Source of the DNA: Bugula neritina
Taxonomy: Eukaryota > Animalia > Bryozoa
Direction of reading: 5' to 3'
Assembly: GCA_964035545.1 (NCBI GenBank)
Contig: OZ037770.1
Coordinates: forward strand, 4,992,662-5,056,661
Length of the DNA: 64,000 nucleotides
Shown: piece by piece, positions 22,894-38,243 of the stretch
Layout: each line of letters begins with the position of its first letter
Position numbering within the stretch: the first letter of the stretch is position 1
Notes under the pieces: model-generated
What the model saw: only the letters and a program-made list of their open reading frames with translations
The model's database searches: none
What the model was told of the DNA's origin: nothing
Made by a program: the position numbers and the translations under genes

Positions 22894-25800
22894 AGTTGCC
22901 AAGTTTTACTAGAATGTTGTGCAGTTGGGTGCAGATATGTAGATTTTGACAAAAAATTCTTCATTAATAATATTTAGTTAGAAGCTCTTAGCTTTTGTTA
23001 GGTGAGCCCTACCAACATATTTGGAAGTGTAGAAAGCCAAGGATACAGCTGTTAGACAAGGACTGAGTAGCATTTTGTATTTGTTGACGGTGTTAGACAG
23101 AGCTGTTAGTATTTCCTAATACTTTGTAGGATTGTTAAATTTTAATGGTTGTATATAGTTGTATGATGTATCGTAAATCCTTATGCGTGGTTTCCAACAT
23201 CTCCATTACTGCACCTATAACCTCATAAAATGAAAAATTCATACTTATAGAGCTAGCTATATAGAACCTATAGAAATTAGTTACATGAGCAAAACAATAT
23301 GGGCTTGGTTTGTGTCACTTAAGACTTTCAAGATAATCACAAGAGAAGCAATTCCAGAAATGTTAAATACATAAGCTACAGTTGATAATGAGTATAAATA
23401 AAACAGAACACCAAAGTAAAAATAGTTAGTCTAATAAAAATAGGGTAATCCCTAAATATTTTTCTCCATCAAACGATAATTACAATATTAAACGCCAAAA
23501 TTTAGCATTTTGCATAATTTACAAATGTGTAGTAGAATGCCTTTAAAGTTTAGGTTAAACTTACTATACTTAAACATAAATAGTTTGTTGACAAATATCC
23601 TTTAACTAACTTGAATATTTATAGAAAGCCATTATGTGAGGCTAAACATTTTTTTGCCAAAGATTATTTAATAACATTTGCTCAGCATTCTCTATTTTCA
23701 AGGGCACTTTAAAATTCAGCTAGTCAACCATTTCATATAGGTATATTTCATATAGCAGCTATTTATAATCTAAAAACCCAGACTGAAATCACAAAACAGT
23801 TGTTATACTTGCTACTTGAACAGTTTTTGGCTGCTGTGCTGTACTTATTGTAGTGTCCTTGATCATAAAAAAATGGATGAATTTAGTTCTGTTAGTTAGC
23901 TTACTGACACTTTGCTGCCAATTTATTGATAGCCACTAGAGTAACCATAGAGCAATATCGCATTTAGCTCAATCATCATTTGCAAAAGCCGTTATGGAAC
24001 TTTACAGACAAATTGCCACACTAAGCATAAATCCACAGCTGTGTTTGTGTTGTCACATGTTTCAACAGCGATGAGTCACCAACTTTTCTCGTATTTTTAG
24101 CACTTGTTTTGTCACTTTTCACATTGAAATATTACTGTTTTTGATCCTCATGACTATTCTAGTAAGTGTAATAAGGTGGATTGCATATATGTGAAAGAGT
24201 AAAATGTTTTATTCTTCACTGATTATAACACTACAACAACTAGCTGACTGCTTTACAATCACGCACATTCTGATATTGCACTCAAAATGAGGAATAAGAA
24301 AATAAATGCATTAACTATTTACATAATGAGTAAAACAGATATACACATTTAGCCAGCCAGGGACACAGCAGTAAGGACCCTTAAGATATTTGCATTTACT
24401 TTCAGCTATTAGCTATTCTCATAATTCACATGGTGTAAAATATTTTTACTTATATTAGCTCTCTCCTAGAAAGGGTGAAAGAGTTTCACAGCGTAAATAG
24501 TGTGAACAACTTTGGTGGAAAATAAACTACACTAAAAATACACCTCCTGTGAAATTTCACGTCAATCTAGGCAGGCAGTGACACTTATGAACTTTATGAA
24601 CCTAATTGTTGCATTTGAAGTTAGTGAAAATAGCCAACTGCTAATTTTAGTACTTTGGCATTGAATTAAAAAGCCAATATTTAACTTGTCAGCAATTTAT
24701 TTTATAAGATGTTTTACCTACAGTAAAAATTTGAACAGTTCTATCTCAAAATAGAAGTTTAAAGCAAACATTATTCGGTTTGAATAGTTATTATAGGAGC
24801 TGCAAGCCCAACCGATCTGTGAATTTGCAAAGGGTGATTTAGCTTAAAAGACTTTAATATTGAGATAAGAATCTAGCTGGTATAAGTTGTTCACTCCTAG
24901 ACTGATACCAATAAATGAACAATGGCTAACTAAACCTAAGCACCCACCAAGCATTTATTATTACTCTTAGGGTCATTGCAGTTATCCAATCAGATTTGAT
25001 AAATCGGGTGGAGCTTAGTAGTGTGACCCGAACAGACTGGCATATACTCAACTATTGTGACATGTACACAAATAGTAGTGAGTCAGAATCAGGCACAAAA
25101 GCAAAACAGTAATAGAGGTATGAGAGAGAATAATAAGCATAAGAGAGTGAATAATGTCTATAACAGAGCAAATAAGAAGGGCATGAGAGTGCATAATGGA
25201 GGTATGGGACAGGGTGATGAGCATAAAAGGAAGAGAAATAAGGGTATGGGAATGAAAAATGACAGTGTGAGACCAAATAATACATGTAGATCTAAGAGCA
25301 CATATAATAAGGGTATGAGAACTAATTATAGACGGATGAGAGAATTGTGTGAGCATATGAGAGAAAATAATGGTTAGATACGTTATTATAAGCATATGAA
25401 ATGCAATGAGAAGCAAATTTTTGACCATTTGGCACTCCATATCTTTAGCAGTTTTTTAATCATACGGCCATAGTATGAAACTGTTGGCTACTTTTTAGTG
25501 CTCGGATAACATTTCTGAGAGCTTAAATTTTACAATTAGTGCGATTTATAAGTTTTTCAATAGTCAATAAGAAGGGCATCCAACCTATGCAGAGCGAGGG
25601 CTACTAGAGTGAAACACTTAATGGCATGGTCCACTTTGTAAAATTTAGCATAAGCTGGGAGTTACAGCAACAGTATTTTTTAATCATTTCATTTTAAGTT
25701 TTAAGCCTACAAATAATTATTGCAGGGTGAATAATTTGTAGCATCTATATAAATAAGACAGTCAGAAGTTGGTTTTCCCACTCTAATTTTTATGCAAGTG

Positions 25801-26095
25801 TGAAATAATTTCATTTGTTATGCCTCTGAATGCCACACAAATGTATAAATGTTTTTGACAACATCATGTTATAGAAAGTATATATTTCATGCTTTGAAAA
25901 CAAGAAACTTCTAAATGGACATCTAGTTTACTTAGCATTGCAAATTGGGTGCCCCAAATTTAGTTTAGTTCGATATATCCGATAGTAAGAATAAAGGCAT
26001 CTTTTGAAATTAAGTTATTTGCAAGAAGAAAAATGAACTTTGGTGAATGCATAGCTTATACATTACGTTTTTCAAAGATTTTTTCAAACCATTAC

Positions 26096-26214
<119 letters not shown>

Positions 26215-27842
26215 CACACACTAAAGAAAGGGTAGCTAGAGCTCCTTCTAGCCATTTGAACAAGACTTTTCACTATTATTTAAGGTAGAAGTAGCTCAGG
26301 CCTGTTCAATTCTATTCATGGTAGCTGCAGTAATATAAGCTCTGAATGCTATTGGAATGAAAGTAATTACAGATATATAATAACAATATTTCATTCTTTT
26401 TTAATTATTATTTTACACGGATTTTATGTTAACTGTGATTTTGGCAAAAAATAAAATCATAAACAAGACCACATGTTGTTCATGTAATTGCTGGTTGTTT
26501 TTTTAACTTTCACTGGGTGTTTTTGAAATTTAATAACCTCAACACACAACTTTTTACAGTTTTTCTTTAAAATATTTAGCCTAATATGCTTCAAAATGTA
26601 AGCAACTTTTTTATGCATCTGAAATTACATAGTGTGGTTAAATTGTGTAAATATTCCATTTAAAATTATTCTGTGATTATTCTGCTTTTTCTGTAACCAA
26701 AGTGTCCTTGTAGTTTTATTTTCACAGTTTTATAGCTCTATGTATCTCTTGCATTTTTTTTATGCACTCGCGTGACATTTTTTTTGGTTTTTTATTGCAC
26801 TGTCCGATTCCAGACTCTATTTTGAGATTTGAGTGCCGAGTCGGCTGACTCGGGTCTATGGCCCTGAGACATATGATTGTAGTAAACCCATTTTAAGCAG
26901 CTTCGTATATATGTGAGGACACTTCTACCAACTACCAAGGGACACAACAGTAAGAACCCTTAAGATATTTGCATTTACTTTCAGCTATTAGCTATTCTTA
27001 CAATGCACATGGTGTAAAATATTTCTTGCTTATATTAGCTCTCTCCTAAGAAAGGTGAAAGAGTTTCACAGTGTAAATAGTGTGTACAACTTTGGTGGAA
27101 AATAAACTAGAGTAAAAATACACCCCCTAAGAAATTTCATGTCAATTTAGGTGGGCAGTTACACTTATGAACCTTATGAACCTGATTGTTGCATTTGAAG
27201 TTAGTGAAAATAACCAACTGCTAATTTTAGTACTTTGGCATTGAATTAAAAAGCCAATATTTAACTTGTCAGCTATTTATTTAATAAGATGTTTTACCTA
27301 CAGTGAAAATTTGAGCAATTCTATCTCAAACTAGAAGTTTAAAGCACACATTATTCTGTTTGAATAGTTATTATAGGAACTGAAAGCCCAACCGACCTGT
27401 GAATTTGCAATGGGTGATTTAGCTTAAAAGACTTTAATATTGAGATAAGAATCTAACTGGTATAAGTTGTTCACTCCTAGACTGATACTTATGAATGAAG
27501 AATGGCTAACTAAACCTAAGCACCCACCCAGCATTTATTATTACTATTAGTGTCATTGCGGTTATCCAATCAGATTTGATAAATGGGTTGGAGCTTAGTA
27601 GTGTGACCCGAACAGACTGGGATATACTCAACTATTGTGACATGTACACAAATACTAGTGAGTCAGAATCAGGTGCAAAAGCAAAACAGTAATAGAGGTA
27701 TGAGAGAGAATAATAAGCATAAGAGAATGAATAATGTATATAACAGAGCAAATAATAGGAGTATGGTAGTGCATAATGAAGGTATGGGACAGAATGATGA
27801 GCATAAAAGGAAGAGAAATAAGGGTATGGGAATGAAAAATTA

Positions 27843-28017
<175 letters not shown>

Positions 28018-29299
28018 GAGGTTACTCTAAAGTTTCATCAACTTAGTATCCAAATCTATATAACTGGTCAGCTCAACTGTTGGGCATGGACTGCTTACTT
28101 AAGAAAAGGTAGTTAGAGTTCCTTGTAGCCATTTGAACAAGACCTTTCACTATTCTTCAAGGCAGAGGTAGGTCAGGCCTGTTCAATCCTATTCATGGTA
28201 GCTGCAGTGATATAAGCTCTGAATGCTATTGGAATAAACGTAATTACAGACCTATAATAACAATATTTCATTATTTATAAATTATTATTTTATATGGATT
28301 TTATGTTGACAGTGATTTTGGAAAAAAAATCATAAACAAGGCCTTATGTTGTTCATGTGATTGCTGGTTGTTTGGTGAACTTTCACTGGGTGTTTTTGAA
28401 ATTTAATAACCTCAACACACAACTTTTTACAGTTTTTCTTCAAAATATTTAGCCTAATATGCATCAAAATGTAAGCAACTTTTTTATGCACCTGAAATTA
28501 CATAGTGTGGTCAAATTGTGTGAATATTCCATTAAAGATTATTGTGTGATTATTCTTTTTTTTCTGTAACCAAATTGTACTCGTAATTTTATTTTCACCA
28601 TCTTAATAGCTCTATGTATCTCTTGCATGTAGTTTTGATGCACTTGCGTGACATTTTTTTTTTTTGATTTTTCTTGCAATGTCCGATTCCAGACTCCATT
28701 TTGAGATTTGAGTGCCGAGTTGGCTGACTCGGGTTTATGGCCCTGAGACATATGATTGTAGTAAACCCATTTTAAGCAGCTTCGTATATATGTGAGGACA
28801 CTTCTACCAACTACCAAGGGATATTTACATTTGCTTCAAACTTAGTATTGAGTATCATAACATATTGCACATTCCGAACCTTACAAATGTACTTATTATC
28901 AAATTTATAACCATAACCATTTCATGAGTCCCTGATTTAATTCCGCTCTTGAAAATATAAAACTATCAAGTTTAGAGGAGCATGGGCAGGGAGATCATTT
29001 AAGCGCACCTTGTAAATGCATTTTGGGATGAGCTTCCTTTTAAATAATGCGACATAGTTGTAGAATGCTTTTTCGAGCAGACAAAGCTGATGCTTTCCTG
29101 ATAGGAGGAAGTTGAAGAATAATCCAATGAGATTAGTACAAGAAGCAAAACTTGATGGTAGATCAGCTTCAGAATGGAGGCTGTTATTCAGCTCTCCAAA
29201 AAGATTGGGCAACCAGACAGGCACCACCTGGTAGCAGGTCTCACTCCAAAGCGCTGATCTTCGATGAAGAATGCATGTTGAACAGTCTGTAAAAGAGTT

Positions 29300-31700
29300 C
29301 CAGGAGATAGCCACCATCACCAAGTAGCCAGCACCAATAGCGCTGCTTCAACTGTCATTCTGCATGCTTGACCAGACATGTTCTCCAGAGTGGGTATTGA
29401 TGCTAACTAAGTTTTTGAAACCATCCGCTCCCGATTCGAGCTGACCGCACATGATGTAAAGGCCTGATTACAGGGACAACGGCGAGGGCCTAGGACATCC
29501 TTACAGGATCATGCCAACACGGTACAGAAGCTCATCTAGGTTGCCTATGGTAACCTAGACTTTGAAACTTGTCTGACTCTAGCCTTTAAAGCGTCTTGAC
29601 AATTACTCAGTAATCGGGACCGGAAGTGACATCTCCTCGTTGGTAAAATATAGGCGACCGAGGTCGCTCTGAACAGATTAAAGGCCTAAGTTTGCAGCGA
29701 AAACTCTCCTAAAGTTGATAGTAGTGCTCAAGAGATGGAGCTAGCATAGAGGGAGACTCTCCCAGCTACCCAGTCAAATATTTTGGTGGCAGCCACTACC
29801 GCAGCCTCGCCAACCCTAACTAAATTTTCCATGTTCCTGGAAGAAGTGAAGAGTATGCAGTAGAGACAAAAAACACACCAGAGCTATGACTAGGCTGAGC
29901 TGACTAACATAGTGTCTCATAGAATCTCTCTGGTCACAGAAACCAGCCCTATACAAGTGCTCATGCAATGACGTAGCGCGGAAAAAGAGAGTGAGGTACG
30001 TCAACTTAAGTACAGCATTCTTTCAAACGAGATAGGTGCTTGAGATTATGCATGGATTATCGCAAGCTTAGCAGTGTCACCATTCAGGATCCTTACTCTT
30101 TTCTCAAAATAAATGAGTCTTTATACTCCCTCATGGGGTGCTGGCACATTATCACAATGAACATTTTGAATGGCCAGTTCTTTTGTGTACTGATGCTCAG
30201 GACAAGGTGGCATTCAATACAGTGAAACGAGCTCTAGAAGTGAAAGGTGCTGCCATTTGGACACGAGTCAGTTGACTTCATTTAGTACACACCAGCAACT
30301 TATGACCTAACATTAAAGTTTGCTCAAAATCAATTGAAATTTACTATACATGCTATTTTTATGTGCTGGTTTTAACTACGCATAACAGAAAAGGCTGGAA
30401 GGGGATTCCCCAACATTAAAGCACAGGTCATTGTCATATGCACTTAATATTCTACATGTGCACCGTTACGACAAAACCGTAACGGTCCGTAACCAAAACT
30501 AGCTGAATAATTAGGAAAAAACATAGGAAATGAAGCAAAATTAAAAAGAACGTTGATTATTTAGGTGTATTTATTGGTGTTTTACTAGTTTTGGCCAAAA
30601 GACCATGTTCATTACCAGCTAAATTATGAAAAATAGCCAAAAACTGAAGATATCCAGTGTGTACTAAATTAAGTAAAATGACCCACACACTTCTGATTCA
30701 AACCCTATCTAATACAACATGGAGTAGCTTCTCAGTAAGCTAAACTAGAAGACACTGCTCCTTTATCTGGATGACTTTTTGCAATATCTGCAGACTTGCA
30801 GACTTATATCAGTTGCCTGTTGGAATGCACTCTAAATACTAATACTAGTGACTACCGTCGCGGTGCTGTGCTGTTCAAAGTACAGGGTGAAACTGATGTT
30901 TTGGTAGCCTATTGCAACAAGGCTCTCTCAATTGCCAACAAAAATTACTGCACTACCAGGAAGGTACTTTAGGCAGGGGTCAAGGCGGCTAACAATTTTC
31001 TGTCAAATTTTTATGAAAAACATTCAGACTAAAAACTGACCCGGTGTTACTTATATGGCTGTGTAAGTGGGCTAAACCTTTTAGCCAATTCGCCCGTTGC
31101 CTGGAAATTCTTAAAGAATTTGCAAGCCGTTTTGAGTGTTGTGCTAGTAAGAAGCCGGAGGACACCGAATAATTAAGGTGTTGTCTGGAAAAGAGCTGCA
31201 AGCAGTGCCTGCATATTTGAGGCATGACAGGGAACTTCCTTTGTCTGATGTTGAATATTAGCTAAGAAAGGCATGCATGTATAGTTGGAAACGGGGTTGC
31301 CTGCAGTCCAGAGCTCCTTCTGATTCTATCCATGCTCTCCAACCCAGCCCATTCTGTCCAGGAATGTCAAGCACTTGTGCCAACCTGTTGAGGTAGTGAA
31401 AATATTCCGAAAGAAAGACGACAATTCAGTAAAGACAAACCGTGGCAAAAAGGTGTTGAGTTTCATCAGTTTTGCCTCCACTGTGACTTCCTTAATACCA
31501 ATCCAGACAAATATTTGCCCATTTTCTTGGCAGCTCACATTCCTCTACATGAATAGAAATGAATGCCAGTCTCATAACATCGCCAGCAAAAGTTGATATA
31601 GAAAACTCATAATCTGGCATTCGTACCTGGGAGTTAAATGAACAGCTTATTACAACCCCTTTTTAGAAGCTGTACTACCCTGTCATTAGACGGAGAGGTT
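29300..31700 (+). pseudogene. Decayed Gypsy gag-pol related to the 13509-21111 element
   Basis: RFELTAHDVKA*LQG...SLQDHANTVQKL aligns to gag RFGLTARDARVQLQS...NLREHATVVERL. RLCMDYRKLSSVTIQDPY (RT) at 30040. RNase H remnants near 30830-31200. YSWKRGCLQSRAPS aligns to YSWEEGQLLSE*PN. Limits approximate; LTRs not identified. Confidence 0.85.
30265..30684. mobile_element. ~420-bp MITE, Sola-like (G.G...CCC ends, 4-bp TSD)
   Basis: TIR GAGTCAGTTGACTTCATTTAGTACACAC / GTGTGTACTAAATTAAGTAAAATGACCC; TSD ACAC; same family at 42395, 47401 and (diverged) 56611. Confidence 0.85.
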
Positions 31701-32425
31701 TCCTATGTATCTGGCAGCATGATGTTGCGATTGGGCGCAGGATAGATCATTGACTGTAATTTCTCAGAGAACAGTGCGAACTACTATTACTACTACTAAT
31801 AGATAATGCTCAGTCCTGAAATTTGGTTAGTAACCAAATCGCTCGATAGCCACATTGCCTGAGCGGTAGATTACCAAAAGAATATCGAATGACGACCCCT
31901 AAACACATGGGCCATTCACTTCGCTAGTGGAAGCAAAGCAAGCCACACATACTCAATCTGTTCTTGACAACTTCATATTGAAAACTACACCAGACTGTGT
32001 GGATATAGAAGATAACTAAAAGATCATGGAAGGCAAGTCTCTAAGATTGAGTACACTTCTGGTATCAAAAAATAGTCTTTTAAGGAATAGTAACAACAGT
32101 CTAGACTCAATCCAACAAATTGAGTCGGCTGACTTGCTGAGTCATGCTTGTAGATCGGTAGAGTTGGGACCGGAGTCAAATATAAATAACGACAGCGGTG
32201 CCACCACACTTGCCCAAAAGCCAACTGTGTCTGGGCGGTCCTCTTTTAGGAAGAGTATGGTTATCAACAAGATTACCTGGTAAAGCATCAGCACATAGCC
32301 GGCTGTCACATGAACAGTTATTTGAAAAATTCCGAGAACTGGTTGCATGCCATGTTGTCAACCCTGGAAGGGAGAGTTGTTATTTTACGGTCCTGTCCTT
32401 AACTATCTAGCTTGAGCAGTTGATA

Positions 32426-33181
32426 CACAGGATAGTTAAGGGCATCCTCACTAAGAATATCATAAATTTCTCTCAAAATGTAGTTTAGGTTCTTGAATAA
32501 TATGGCTCTGTGGGTGGCATGCGTGCTGCCTACTTGTAATTGTTTAGCCTAAGATTAAACTACAACCAATAAGCAGCAACCTTCGTTAGGGCTGCGTTAT
32601 CTATCAACATTCCATTATTGGTGCTACATAAACAAAGTACAAAGCAAGCTATTCATTATAGCCTGCCAGCTAGCTAGCCTGTAATTATGATGTAGGCGCC
32701 AATATCTTCTCTTCCCTACGTGCTCAGTGAAGCGTGAAGCGCTGCGCGCTGCTAGTTTCTTATGAGAAAATATGGCATTTTCAGTGTATAAATCACCAAT
32801 TTATGAGCAATCTAGCAGAGTTATTGAAAAAAGAAAAAAAATTACACTTGAGAAATATCTCAGGATTCCAGCAGTGCAATTTTTATTCAGATATCATGCT
32901 TTGCTGCTGAGATATTTTACTGGTACTAAAAAGTCAGCTTTTCAGGCAAAATTGGCCAAAATTCGGCAGTTTTTTATCTATAACTTCGCAAAAAAAATGA
33001 AAATTGAAATTTCCAAAAAACTTACACTGGAGAAAAAGAAGATCTACAACGTAGTTTTTAAATTTTGACTCTAGCACAATTAGGTGAGATTTTATTTTAC
33101 TGGTACTGAATTCTTATATGATTACAATGCAAACCTCAGCAAGGCAGTTGCAGCTAAAAGGTTGCCCTTAACTATCCTGTG
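32426..33181 (+). mobile_element. ~755-bp MITE with CACAG termini (CMC/EnSpm-like), TA TSD
   Basis: TIR CACAGGATAGTTAAGGGCA at both ends; TA on both flanks. Confidence 0.85.
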
Positions 33182-34423
33182 TAGAGACTTTAACAACAGA
33201 CAGCAATTCCTATTGTTCCCAGACACCCAAACCATGCAAGTAGTAGTGGACAGACTACAAGACAATAAGAAAGATGACGATAATGCACGCTTCAACCCAG
33301 CAGACAGGCCAACAGTCAAAACTAGCCGGGATTTAGCGGCAAGGGCAGAATGAAGGCAAAAGGCTAACCAACAGAAAACAGGTGTCAGACCAAGGTGCCT
33401 AGCATCATTGATATGTTGAACGACCCTCTAGCATATTGCGGCAGCAAGCAAAAGCGCTGGTAGAGGAGATGGAGACTATTTCCCAAGACTGGACACTTGT
33501 ACAGAAGATATTATGCAAATGCGGTGCCTGTTAAGGGCTGTCAGCAGCACTGTGCTAAGAAGTTCTTCCTCTCGTTGGGTCCAAGAAACTCATGACACTA
33601 CTATGACATTACTATGCAATTAGTTACTTGTGCATGTGTCTTACATTTAAATATTATTCATTATTTGCGCAATGTACTTTTCTTTTTTCAATCTTTACTC
33701 AATCTTCTGATGGTTTTCTTTATTTTTGGTTCCTTAACTTGGAAAGCGGGTGATTTCGAACGGAAGAAATGTGTGCTGAAATTTTTGTGCATATTTCTGT
33801 TTGGTGTTATTGTGCAAATTTTTTCTGCACAGTTAAATTGTGTACGTACTCTGATTTTCACAATAATAATAGCTATGCATATTTTTACCGTTTCGTTGGG
33901 TTGCACTTTCATGATATATGTTCTCTTGCTTACTTTTATTGTGTTGTCCAATTCTGGATGCCACTTCAGGGTTAGGGTGCCGATATGGCCGAATAGAGAG
34001 CAAGGGTCTAAGTCATGCAATTCAGAGAAACCTGATTTGGCCGACCAACTTCGGCAACTATAATCTATGCATATATAAGTAGGCGCAGTGTCCAATGCCG
34101 TTGATGAGGAGCTGCATGGCACTGGACAAGACTGTTTTTATCAAGACACAGTTATATCTACCTAAAGTATATGTAGCTCTTTTTTACTACCTTCTGCAAG
34201 AAGTTACATGCTGGATCTTTCTATTTCACCAGACTTGTTTTTGTACATAGACAATAAAACAAAGAGTCACTGTGCTCATGTAATCGCTTCAGCTAAGTAA
34301 CTCACTCAGTTTCATGCAATGAATAATATCATAAAATTAGCATAAATCTACAACAATAGTGTTTAATACCAATTAAATATTATAATAAATTTTAGTGCAT
34401 TAGTGAGTTCTTGTACTTGACCT

Positions 34424-35176
34424 CACAGGATAGTTAAGGGCAACCTTTTAGCTGCAACTGCCTTGCTGAGGTTTGCATTGTAATCATATAAGAATTCAGT
34501 ACCAGTAAAGTAAAATCTCACCTAATTATGCTAGAGTCAAAATTTAAAAACTATGTTGTAGATCTTCGTTTTCCCCAGTGCAAGTTTTTTGGAAATTTCA
34601 ATAATTATTTTTTTTGCCAAGTTATAGACAAAAAACTTCGCAATTTGGCCAATTTTGCCTGAAAAGCTGACTTTCCAGTACCAGTAAAATATCTCAGCAG
34701 CAAAACATGATATCTGAATAAAAATTGCACTGCTGGAATCCTGAGATATTTCTCCAGTGCAATTTTTTCTTTTTCCAATAACTCTGCTAGATTTCTCATA
34801 AATTGGTGATTTATACACTGAAAATGCTATATTTTTTCATAGGAAACTAGCAGCGTGCAGCACTTCACGCTTCAATGAGCACTTAGGGATGAGAAGATAC
34901 TGGCGCCTACATCATAATTACAGGCTTGCTAGCTGGCAGGCCATTATGAATAGCTGGCTTTGTACTTTGTTTATGTAGCACTCATAATGGAATGTTGATA
35001 GATAACGCAGCCCTAATGAGGGTTGCTGCTTATTGGTTGTAGTTTAATCTTAGGCTAAACAATTGCAAGTAGGCAACACGCATGCCACCCACAGAGCAAT
35101 ATTATTCAAGAACCTAAACTACATTTAGAAAGAAATTTATCATATTCTTAGTGAGGATGCCCTTAACTATCCTGTG
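34424..35176 (-). mobile_element. Second copy of the same ~755-bp MITE, inverted orientation
   Basis: Reverse complement of 32426-33181 with scattered substitutions; TSD not preserved. Confidence 0.85.
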
Positions 35177-37554
35177 ATCTAGGAGCTGTGCTATTATGGA
35201 TCCACTCTAGCATGTGTCAAATTGGATTTCGGTCATAAAATAAATCAAGCTGTTAAAGTATATACAGCTATAGAAGTTTCATCAGTGCTGCTTAAGCTAG
35301 GTGTAGTTATTGTACTGTGTTACAGGTTGTTGTGTAGTATTCCTGGTTGGTTTGAGTTATGTTCAAGTATTCTATACCTACATTGCTTGTCTCAATATGC
35401 TATAATATTTTATTCTTAAACATCTATTTGTTTAGTAAATGTAGTATTTGAAGAAACTTGGGTGTAGGAAGTTAAATGAATTAGCACAAGGTGTGTTCGC
35501 AGCTTCATGAATGTTTTGTATGTTTGCTGAAGTTTAGTTTTGCGGCTATTGTTAAAGCCAAAAGTTCACGTCATTTTCATGTAAAGGTTTTCATTACTTT
35601 AGTATCTGTTACAGCTTTCTATGCTGTATTTTAGCAATTTCCCAATCTTGAATATAAGTTGATATTAATTTTCTATTTGTAACAGCTCTATATAATTTAT
35701 TTTAGTAATCTTTTAATCTTGAGTATAAGTTGATTTTAGTTCATCTTCATTTAGAGGCGCAGCTTCTTTAAGGATTTTTCTTTCAAACATATAATCTACT
35801 TTATCCACCAACAAAAAAAGATTTATATCACTGGGAATGGTGGATATTTTTTTGCAACAAGAAAAATGTTACTTAAAATGTATTTAACAACCTGTTTAAT
35901 CAAAATGCATGTGTTGATTGAGTAAGATATTAGATTTGAAGAATCCCTGACACACTTCACTTATGCAGTACTAAAATATTCTTGTGCATATGTTTGTTTT
36001 AATTTGCATAAAGTTTTAAGGTTACATACCTAAACAATTGTGTTATATAATAAATTATGTGTGAGCATGTACTGAAGTGATTTTGAATTTCTAATTGCTT
36101 GGAAATGATGTTGCTGGTAGGCTTTGACTTTACTGCTACTATGAAACTTAGAGTAGTTATAGGTAACTTTCATTGCATGTTTTAGATAGCTGGTGCACTT
36201 TACAGCTTAATCACTGATATGGACTTAAAGTTCAAAATTGAAACTTTCAATCCCTATTGGTGATTAGGCTCTGCAGTGCAGCAGCTAAAAATAGCATAAA
36301 AATTTTACATTTTGCATTACTATGGCTATGGCTGTGCTATATAGTCAAATAAGGATATGCTATATTGTTTGCTCATCCATTACTTGTTTTGACTTCTTTT
36401 GGTTTCACGGTTTGATTCCCTCAGAGATAAATATCCATTAGTTGTTTTAACTACTTATGCGTGCATGGTTTGCTTCTCCCAGAGATGAGTAATATTTTTG
36501 TAGATGACTGTATGTGTTTGAATTTAAGAAAAGATGCAGAATCTGCTGGTTCAGCCTCCAACTGGTGGATCTCTGGGTATGTGTATTTAAACTCCTGAGT
36601 TGACTGGTTGTCACTGTGAATAGTTAGCACCAATATTCCAGCTTGAAGTAATAGTCTAGCTTACACTAATATTCTAGCTTACACTGGGTTAGGTGACTGG
36701 AGGGCGAAGGATTTCTGGTAGTTGTGTAGGTATCTCCTCCTCACTGTCTTACTGTCATCACCCTAAACCCTCCTCTAGTGATCGTCTCTTCCCAGCAGTA
36801 AATACATATTAAGAGTAGAAATAGTAAAACTATGTAAGTCTCTAATTAGTGCTACAGAGTAGAAGATACAGACTACAAATCTCTGTGTATGTAGTCTTGT
36901 TATCTAATGATACAAATTAGGTATAGCAATGCATAGGTATGCTGAAGGGTTGGTTCAGAATGGAACAATGGCAGATCAAATGTGGTTTTTATATAGCTAT
37001 TCTTTTTTCATCATAAGTATAATTATGTGAAAGGATATACAATTTCAAGCTATAAGGATTGTCTTTATTTCTCATTCTATAGAGTTTCTAATAGCCAATT
37101 CATGTTTGGTCTCGTTACACATTATTTGCTATGCTAACTTGACTAAACAGAAAGTGCTATACTACCTATTATATATTATGAGACAATGAAGATGGTAGCT
37201 AAAACTTGTATGTCTTATTGAGTTTAAATAAATTCAAAACACTTAATTTGAAAAAGATGGACATAAGTTACTGGGCCACATATTTCAATAGCACTGCAGC
37301 TAGTAGAGGTCAGTAATCTTGTAGAGTTAGTCATGAATGGTGGAATTTCCACTTCCAATCGTTGTCCAAATCTCTTTAGACTGCATAGCGCTGTGTTTAT
37401 ATTTGGTCATGTTGTAGTACTTGGTCTATTTATATAAGAGTTTGTAAATTGCTGGGAGATATATTATTTGATATAGCTTTGTTCAGAAGAAAATGTATTG
37501 TAATAATTCTGTCTTTGAGGAATTGCTGAATGCATATTAGGATTCTACTGTTAC

Positions 37555-37600
37555 ACTATTATATATTATATATATTATATATTATATATATATTATATAT

Positions 37601-37670
<70 letters not shown>
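37555..37670. repeat. (TA)n-rich microsatellite
   Basis: Directly visible. Confidence 0.9.
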
Positions 37671-37674
<4 letters not shown>

Positions 37675-38243
37675 CTTTGTTCAGGAGTAGAATATTGTGT
37701 AATACTGTTACACTATTATAACTATCTAGCATGTGTATTAAACTATCTAGCTTGTGTATTAAACTACAACTATTGAATGCTGTTACATTGTTATATTATT
37801 TAATTACTTTTTTGTATACAATTATATATGTGACTGTATCTAGCTTTGTTTATCCCACTATATAGGTGATTGAAATATTCTAAAAATTCCTTCGATATGA
37901 GTTCTTTGCATTTTCCGTAAACTGTGTTAAATCTAATAAAAATCACTTTGAGCCACAACTTATTCAACTTTAAAGTGTTTGATGCAAAGGAATATTAGTA
38001 ATGAATATATATTTATATATAATGAATTATATAAGTGTTTGAGAAAGTTGTCAAAGTCCTTGAATTAAATTTGTTGACCTGATGCTTTGTTCAGCCCTTT
38101 CTGAAAAAAATTTATGTACTACAATGCTGAAAATAGCAGGTGACCATATTTTATTACTTCATGTGTAATAAATGTTTTAGATGGAGTTGCTACACCTTAG
38201 CTGATACTTATTACCAAGAAGGACAATCTACTATTTGGTAGCC

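Noticed and set aside
32426-35176. One composite transposon bounded by the two inverted MITEs
   Set aside because: The left copy has its own TA TSD and the outer flanks do not match, so independent insertions are more likely.
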